A stretch of DNA of 64,000 bases. It comes from a virus. Shown here piece by piece: positions 58,533-64,000 of the stretch (position 1 is its first letter; the number at the start of each line of letters is the position of its first letter). A model generated the notes under the pieces. The model was not told the DNA's origin. It did no database searches and worked only from the letters and a program-made list of their open reading frames with translations. The translations under genes were made by a program, and so were the position numbers. Where the stretch lies: positions 1 to 64,000 of the IMG/VR virus record IMGVR_UViG_3300032163_000008, one strand, 5' to 3'.

Positions 58533-58967
58533 ATGAATATAGTATGGAGAAGACCTGATGGTGGAATATCAACTACACACCTAGCTAGCAATGCAGGGAC
58601 TCCTGAGGAGCATGCTGAGGAATTGAAGCAGTGGGGAAATATTCCTGAGGATTGGGAGGTAGTTGCAACTCGCTATGACCTTCCAATGGAGCATCCCGAG
58701 TATTTTAACGCTTGGGAATGGCATGAGCAGGATGGGATTATACACAATATGGGTAAAGCCGCAGAGGTAACAAAGGAGCGTTTACGACGTGAGCGTGCAC
58801 CTCTCTTAACTGCGCTCGATGTTGAACACTTCCGTGCAGATGAGGCTGGCGATACCGTTGCTAAGGCGGAAATCTCAGCCCGTAAGCAGGCGCTAAGAGA
58901 CGTTACAAAGAGAGTTCATAATAGGCTCACAATAGAGCAAATGAAGGCTATTAAGGTAGGGGAATAA
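58533..58967 (+). CDS. tail fibre assembly chaperone-like protein
   Basis: RRERAPLLTALDV..RADEAGD..KQALRDVT. Confidence 0.7.
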   Translation: MNIVWRRPDGGISTTHLASNAGTPEEHAEELKQWGNIPEDWEVVATRYDLPMEHPEYFNAWEWHEQDGIIHNMGKAAEVTKERLRRERAPLLTALDVEHFRADEAGDTVAKAEISARKQALRDVTKRVHNRLTIEQMKAIKVGE

Positions 58968-58968
58968 T

Positions 58969-59469
58969 ATGGTATCTACAATATCAGCAGTTGATTTGAA
59001 TTTTACTGGGAACATTACAGTAGCTGGAAACACAGTTATATCAGGAAACATGTCTGCTGCAGGCACAATATATGCCAACTACGCCGACTTAGCGGAGTAT
59101 TTTGATGTTAAAAAGGACGTCGTCCTGAAGCCTGGGGATCCCACGTCCATTGCAGGCCTTCGTACACTCACAACCTACAATGGAAAGAACTACGCAGGAA
59201 TAATTAGTACAGAGCCAGGAGTAATGCTAGGTAGGAGTCGCACTCAAGCCATAGCCCTAGCCCTAGCTGGCACGGTGCCTGTAAGAACTTCTGACACAAG
59301 CATAAAAATTGGGGACACCCTAGTATTAACAAAAAAGGGTAAGATTATTCGAAAGCGTTTTTGGAGCTTATTTTTGACTGTGGTAGGGATAGCGCAAGAG
59401 AAATACAAGAAGACCTCGTTTGGTCCCAACGGCAGTAGTGAGACTCTTTTGAATTGTTTATTAGATTAA
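58969..59469 (+). CDS. stand-alone peptidase G2/IMC-like domain, paralogue B1
   Basis: YADLAEYF..GDP..AGIIS..PG..ALAGTVPV..IGD.LV. Confidence 0.7.
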   Translation: MVSTISAVDLNFTGNITVAGNTVISGNMSAAGTIYANYADLAEYFDVKKDVVLKPGDPTSIAGLRTLTTYNGKNYAGIISTEPGVMLGRSRTQAIALALAGTVPVRTSDTSIKIGDTLVLTKKGKIIRKRFWSLFLTVVGIAQEKYKKTSFGPNGSSETLLNCLLD

Positions 59470-59478
59470 GGGGTATAG

Positions 59479-59841
59479 ATGACTTTTTCATTCGTTGATA
59501 TTTCTGGATGCACCTCTGACACTAATAACGGGTTTAACGGCTCTGACTTTAAATATAAGATCGCACTATTCGCAGAGCTACTAGACACAATTCTCAATAT
59601 ACTAGATGTACCTAGCGCCTCAGTGTCGCTGGCTATCGGAAACGATGATCCTAGTACACTTGAGGCATTCGCAGTAGAACTAGAGAAGGGTCTCATAACT
59701 CTGCATAATAGAATAATAGGTACACAATGGACACCCAAGGAAATGACTTATGAAGAGCGTCTCAATATGTGTCTGGTGCTCTCAGTGTCAATGCTCGACA
59801 ATAATTTAGATGGAGACAATAATGGTATCAACCCTAAATAG
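59479..59841 (+). CDS. hypothetical protein sharing an N-terminal motif with the Cys-rich protein at 60696
   Basis: MTFSFVDISGCTSDTNNGFN. Confidence 0.65.
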   Translation: MTFSFVDISGCTSDTNNGFNGSDFKYKIALFAELLDTILNILDVPSASVSLAIGNDDPSTLEAFAVELEKGLITLHNRIIGTQWTPKEMTYEERLNMCLVLSVSMLDNNLDGDNNGINPK

Positions 59842-60247
59842 TAATATTGAGATAACGGGGAACTTAACTGCTGGAGGCACGGTAAGGGGAACCTATTCGG
59901 ATCTAGCAGAATACTTTCTTGTGGAGGGCTCAATTCTGTGCGGAAACCCTACATCTATAGTAGGCTTTCGAAAAGTTGGGAAGTACAGTGGAAGAGCCTA
60001 TGCAGGTATCAGAAGCTTTAGGCCAGCTATGTCGATGGGTGGAGACATTAGTAAGAGCAGCATTCCAATAGCCCTCAGTGGGTCCGTAAAGGTTAACACT
60101 AGAGACCGAAGCATCAAATTAGGAGACAAATTAGTAGTTACAAAGCAAGGTACGGTTATCCGTAAGAGATGGTATCATTTGGGTTTACCTCTTGTTGGAG
60201 TGGCACAAGAGGATTATAGGAAGAACTCCGTAATGACTTTGGTATAA
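59822..60247 (+). CDS. stand-alone peptidase G2/IMC-like domain, paralogue B2
   Basis: MVSTL start parallels B1; YSDLAEYF. Confidence 0.7.
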   Translation: MVSTLNSNIEITGNLTAGGTVRGTYSDLAEYFLVEGSILCGNPTSIVGFRKVGKYSGRAYAGIRSFRPAMSMGGDISKSSIPIALSGSVKVNTRDRSIKLGDKLVVTKQGTVIRKRWYHLGLPLVGVAQEDYRKNSVMTLV

Positions 60248-60262
60248 TTAAAGGAGAATAAT

Positions 60263-60694
60263 ATGACATCAACTCTAACAGCAGCAGACTTATATATTTC
60301 AGGAAATGTTACCGCTGGTGGTACTGTGCAGGCCAACTACGCGGATCTAGCAGAGTATTTCCTTACTAAAGATACAATTGCTTGCGGTGACCCCGTTTCA
60401 ATCACTGACTTGCGTACGGTAGGAAAATATAACGGAAAATCCTATGCAGGGGTGAGAAGCACTATCCCCGGTTTTTCTATGGGCGGTGAGATGGGCGGAG
60501 GTATTCCAGTTGCCCTAATCGGCTCTGTTCCAGTTAACACTAGAGATCAAAGCATCAGGATTGGAGATAAGTTAGTTTTAACTAGAAGTGGAAAAATTGT
60601 AAAAAAGAGATGGTTTCACGTGTTCACTCAGTATGTGGGAATTTCTCAAGACGCATATAAGGACGGCCAAGTAATGTGCCTATTAGGGGTGTAG
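60263..60694 (+). CDS. stand-alone peptidase G2/IMC-like domain, paralogue B3
   Basis: late promoter at 60243; YADLAEYF. Confidence 0.72.
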   Translation: MTSTLTAADLYISGNVTAGGTVQANYADLAEYFLTKDTIACGDPVSITDLRTVGKYNGKSYAGVRSTIPGFSMGGEMGGGIPVALIGSVPVNTRDQSIRIGDKLVLTRSGKIVKKRWFHVFTQYVGISQDAYKDGQVMCLLGV

Positions 60695-60695
60695 C

Positions 60696-61238
60696 ATGGC
60701 ATTTACATACACAAATGGGTCAGGGTGTAATGCCAACACATCGAACACGTATAACAGCACGATACTTCCAACTAAGGGCTACATAAGAGCAGCTCATACA
60801 AACGAGCTGAGAAAGGCTCTTGAAGACTTCTACGCACAACATCAAGTAACTGCTCCAACATGGGCTGACACACCTACAGGAATGCCTGCTGGAACTCTAG
60901 TTAGAAACCCAGATATTAACGAACTAAGAACAGCTGTCAATAAAATACGACAGCTGGTATATCGATGCACTTGTGATTCAAACGGGTGTTGCGTCTGTCA
61001 TAATACTGGAGGTTGCTGGATGGGAAGTACTTGCGTCTCCCAGTACTTTTATAACTACTCTTCTACTATGGCATTATACACATTCAGTAATGAAACCGGA
61101 GACACCTCAGGGGCAGGTACACGAGTGACAACGAATGCAGTTGATAAGAAGTTTATAAACCAGATCAGGAATGCCATAGATGCGCCAAACTCTAATACAG
61201 CTCCCGCTTACTGGCAGAACTACAACCAGGCTTTCTAA
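60696..61238 (+). CDS. Cys-rich protein, candidate radical SAM substrate
   Basis: HTNELR/DINELR/FINQIR repeats; CTCDSNGCCVCHNTGGCWMGSTC; stop overlaps the rSAM start. Confidence 0.7.
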   Translation: MAFTYTNGSGCNANTSNTYNSTILPTKGYIRAAHTNELRKALEDFYAQHQVTAPTWADTPTGMPAGTLVRNPDINELRTAVNKIRQLVYRCTCDSNGCCVCHNTGGCWMGSTCVSQYFYNYSSTMALYTFSNETGDTSGAGTRVTTNAVDKKFINQIRNAIDAPNSNTAPAYWQNYNQAF

Positions 61239-62698
61239 TGAGAACTATTAATTTTATAACAACTAACAGCTGCAACGCTAACTGTTCCTTCTGTTTTGAG
61301 CAACATAAAAGGGATTTTAAAGCAGTAGCTATTTCAAATGAGGTCGTCGACAAGACTCTCGAGTACTTCTTCAACTTATGGGGGAATACTGACATAATTT
61401 CCATAGACCTCTTTGGCGGAGAGCCCACTCTTGCAGAGGACACCTGCGTGTACACAGTTAATCGCGCAACCGAGATGGCTCGGGAGTATCGGATTAGTCT
61501 GAGATTCTTATTATTCACCAACTGCTTTGTATTTCCTGAGAAGCTAGTAGAGGTACTCTTAGAGTCAAAAGCACTGGTTACAATACAGATATCTAATGAG
61601 GGTGTTGACAATCATCTTAAGGATCATAACAACACCACTCTTAGGGAAAAAATTCATAGTAACATCGAGAGGTACGTTGCAACGAAGCTTCCCGTTATTG
61701 TGAGAGCAACCATGAGTAGTGAGAGTCTAACTACTGCAGAAAACCTCCTAGAATCTGTGAAGCTAATGGTCTCTCTGGGATTAGATTCCTTCTACTTCTT
61801 TCCTATTATGGAGCATGGATGGCAGGAGCACCACTTTAAAGTTTGGCGAGATGGCTTCCACCTAATCGCGGACTACTTATTCGAGTTACATAGTAAGAGC
61901 CCAGAGATACCCTTTAATGTTGGTAACTTTCTTCACGAAGTAACTGAGGAGATCCCCCCAATGTGCGCAGCAGGAGAGGACTATGTGTCAGTTAATACCG
62001 ATGGTGAGGTGTATGCCTGTCAACGATTCTTGCCTATAGCCACAAACACACCACAGTCTATGGGGAGCGTGTTTACTGGAGTGGATTTAAAGCTTATTGG
62101 AGAAATAGGTGCCCATGAGGGCTGCAGAGAGTGTAGGGTAAAAAACTGCAAGATCTGCCCAGCAGTATCTTATGTGGCTCAAGACGACAGGATCGTGATA
62201 GGTAGGGGAGACTACTGCAGAATTCGGCTGATAATGTGGGACGAATACATGTACTACACAGAAAAGATGCAATCTATAGGGCAATATAACCTTCCAACTT
62301 CTGAGCAGCTTGAAGAATTGGATTTAGTGCAATACATCGAAACAATGTTCTATAAGCTGTTTAATGTACCTAACCAGGATGCTGAGTCAGGTTACAACAT
62401 ATACAACACTAGGACTTCATACATGACTAATATTATCCGATACTTCCTGAGGATGTCTAGAGTGTTTATAGACCTTACTGAGGGAGAGCTTGGGCTAGAC
62501 ACATCTCTTACTGATGAGAGCCAGATACTGACCTACCTGATAAAATTTATCGAGAGCATTCTCTTTGAGATATACAATACAAACCCTCAGGTAACATACA
62601 TATACCACGACAATGCTACGAGTCTAACTAGTCTCTCAGCGATGCTAGTGCTATTACTCGAGGAGAAAGGCCAACGCTATGACAGAAACAATATATAA
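61238..62698 (+). CDS. radical SAM/SPASM-domain enzyme
   Basis: CNANCSFC, FGGEP, CAAG..VNTDGEVYAC, CRECRVKNCKICP..C. Confidence 0.9.
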   Translation: MRTINFITTNSCNANCSFCFEQHKRDFKAVAISNEVVDKTLEYFFNLWGNTDIISIDLFGGEPTLAEDTCVYTVNRATEMAREYRISLRFLLFTNCFVFPEKLVEVLLESKALVTIQISNEGVDNHLKDHNNTTLREKIHSNIERYVATKLPVIVRATMSSESLTTAENLLESVKLMVSLGLDSFYFFPIMEHGWQEHHFKVWRDGFHLIADYLFELHSKSPEIPFNVGNFLHEVTEEIPPMCAAGEDYVSVNTDGEVYACQRFLPIATNTPQSMGSVFTGVDLKLIGEIGAHEGCRECRVKNCKICPAVSYVAQDDRIVIGRGDYCRIRLIMWDEYMYYTEKMQSIGQYNLPTSEQLEELDLVQYIETMFYKLFNVPNQDAESGYNIYNTRTSYMTNIIRYFLRMSRVFIDLTEGELGLDTSLTDESQILTYLIKFIESILFEIYNTNPQVTYIYHDNATSLTSLSAMLVLLLEEKGQRYDRNNI

Positions 62699-63407
62699 AG
62701 TAGATGACAACGAACTTCTTAAAAAGGTTTACAGCAACGTAAAATTAGCACATAGAGACATATACAATACTACGATTGCGTATCTAAGTGACTCGCAATT
62801 TCAGTACATATTCGATCTAGTGGTATCCGTAGGAGATCTCAAGAAATCATACGTGGTTGTAGTCAATAACGAAGCCAATATTCAAAAGCTTAAGAACTTT
62901 CTTGTGTCAAAAGGAGTTCCCAGTAGCTTCATATTTAGGCAATATGATGCAGCAATAGTATATGTCTTGAGAATGGTTATAACGGATGGGGTAGTTAGTG
63001 GGATAGAACCAGTGTATCTACAAGGGCACCTACCCGATGGATTTACTCTTGAGTATCTGTCAACTTTCACACCAGACATTCACCCACCTTTTGAAGGTGT
63101 TGCTTGGGTAGAGGGTGATGATACCTTCGGATACCAGTTCACAAACACAGCTTTCTTTGACTCTGTTCAAGCCAGCCATGGTACAGTATATGATAAATTC
63201 ATGGCCACGTATCCCGGACTAGACCTGACGAGACTCTACGGAGTACTGGATGCAGGCGTCCTTAAGTTCTATTATTACACAGCTTATAGAGAGCCTACCG
63301 ACATATCAAATGGGTATTACACGAAGGCAGTTTATGATGAGACCACCGACGCTTTTATTATTCACGAATATACCGGGTATTATAACGAGAAAAAAGTCAT
63401 AGGCTAG
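62679..63407 (+). CDS. hypothetical protein in the rSAM operon
   Basis: overlaps rSAM end; 242 aa. Confidence 0.7.
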   Translation: MTETIYKVDDNELLKKVYSNVKLAHRDIYNTTIAYLSDSQFQYIFDLVVSVGDLKKSYVVVVNNEANIQKLKNFLVSKGVPSSFIFRQYDAAIVYVLRMVITDGVVSGIEPVYLQGHLPDGFTLEYLSTFTPDIHPPFEGVAWVEGDDTFGYQFTNTAFFDSVQASHGTVYDKFMATYPGLDLTRLYGVLDAGVLKFYYYTAYREPTDISNGYYTKAVYDETTDAFIIHEYTGYYNEKKVIG

Positions 63408-63462
63408 CAGCACTTACTCCTATAATTAAACTAAAGCATTTTAATTACGCATAGGAGTACTA

Positions 63463-64000
63463 ATGGCATCGGTATTTACGTGGTTTTGGGGGGTTCTTCT
63501 AACTCTTGCGTCTCATGCCCCTGCCATACTCATATTACTACTATTTTTAGCGCTCGTTATTGCGAGCTTTTATGCCTATCACACTCTATTCGTAGCTCCT
63601 GCTTTCACGGCCACACTCAGGACTATCCAGGATAAATTCCTACTAGGGATCTCCCAAGTAACTGGTGGAATTGAGTCAGTAGAAAACACGGTAAAGGCTT
63701 ATAAAGATAACGAGGACATAAAGCACAATCAAATAGAGACTAAGATGGAAGAGATTCATGTGGGTATACGTGCTAATAATGAGCAGTTACTAATTATAAA
63801 GGATGACATGAACACGTACAAAATAGTTAACCACGAGGTGCTTAGTGATGAGTTGGATAAGATAGGCGCGGTGGTATACTACTCCTCAACAGCCGCTACA
63901 AACATTTTATCAGAGGCCCTTATCAGCTTCAGAGATCATCCAGAGAGAGTAGTCATAAGTAACGACCAGTTACTCCATGACATTACAAAGGATGTTCAGA
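63463..64000 (+). CDS. N-terminally membrane-anchored protein (partial, runs off window)
   Basis: TATAATTA at 63421, AGGAG RBS; MASVFTWFWG.. hydrophobic segment; frame open to 64000. Confidence 0.7.
   Translation, partial: MASVFTWFWGVLLTLASHAPAILILLLFLALVIASFYAYHTLFVAPAFTATLRTIQDKFLLGISQVTGGIESVENTVKAYKDNEDIKHNQIETKMEEIHVGIRANNEQLLIIKDDMNTYKIVNHEVLSDELDKIGAVVYYSSTAATNILSEALISFRDHPERVVISNDQLLHDITKDVQ

Larger units (their letters stand above)
26702..63428 (+). promoter_or_regulatory. late promoter motif TATAATTA (multiple copies)
   Basis: at 26702, 31016, 32651, 36425, 37017, 47097, 53814, 60243, 63421; also 10961, 20338, 25644, 26456 and - strand 18123-18130; mostly just upstream of structural gene starts. 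Confidence 0.8.

Noticed and set aside
57276-60694. Diversity-generating retroelement or invertible fibre cassette
   Set aside because: No reverse transcriptase or invertase; paralogues differ throughout rather than at adenines only
1-64000. Stop-codon reassignment as in some large phages
   Set aside because: Recognisable genes are full length in code 11 and end at TAA, TAG or TGA

Overview
This window is a 64 kb segment of a large tailed dsDNA phage genome. It uses the standard genetic code, has strong GGAGG-type RBSs, and encodes a SPO1/Twort (Herelleviridae)-like prohead protease, scaffold and major capsid protein. Layout: (1) 1-2.7 kb, small + strand hypothetical genes. (2) About 2.7-12.4 kb, an early/host-takeover-like region built from hairpin + promoter + gene cassettes. 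It has at least 14 copies of a bipartite motif TAATGWAY-N13-WATAG, a GC-rich/G4 island, a truncated RuvC-like gene, an ~800 nt ORF-poor highly structured RNA candidate, a three-member KOW-like small-protein family, and two 13-bp-periodic TTTGY arrays, each facing one family member across a shared hairpin. (3) 12.6-16.3 kb, a splicease-like radical SAM enzyme carrying its own XYG motifs, an RNA ligase and a WYL-like protein. (4) 17-26.5 kb, minus-strand putative internal head proteins, thioredoxin, an NAD salvage module (NAMPT + NMNAT-Nudix), a phosphoesterase and a MazG-like protein. (5) 26.5-37 kb, a ~230 nt structured RNA candidate, head proteins, protease, scaffold and capsid, under a late TATAATTA promoter motif. 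(6) 37-64 kb, an M15 peptidase, ~18 kb of repetitive fibre genes, two triplets of paralogues, and a Cys-rich protein coupled to a radical SAM/SPASM enzyme. All family assignments are from motif recognition by eye; no searches were run.
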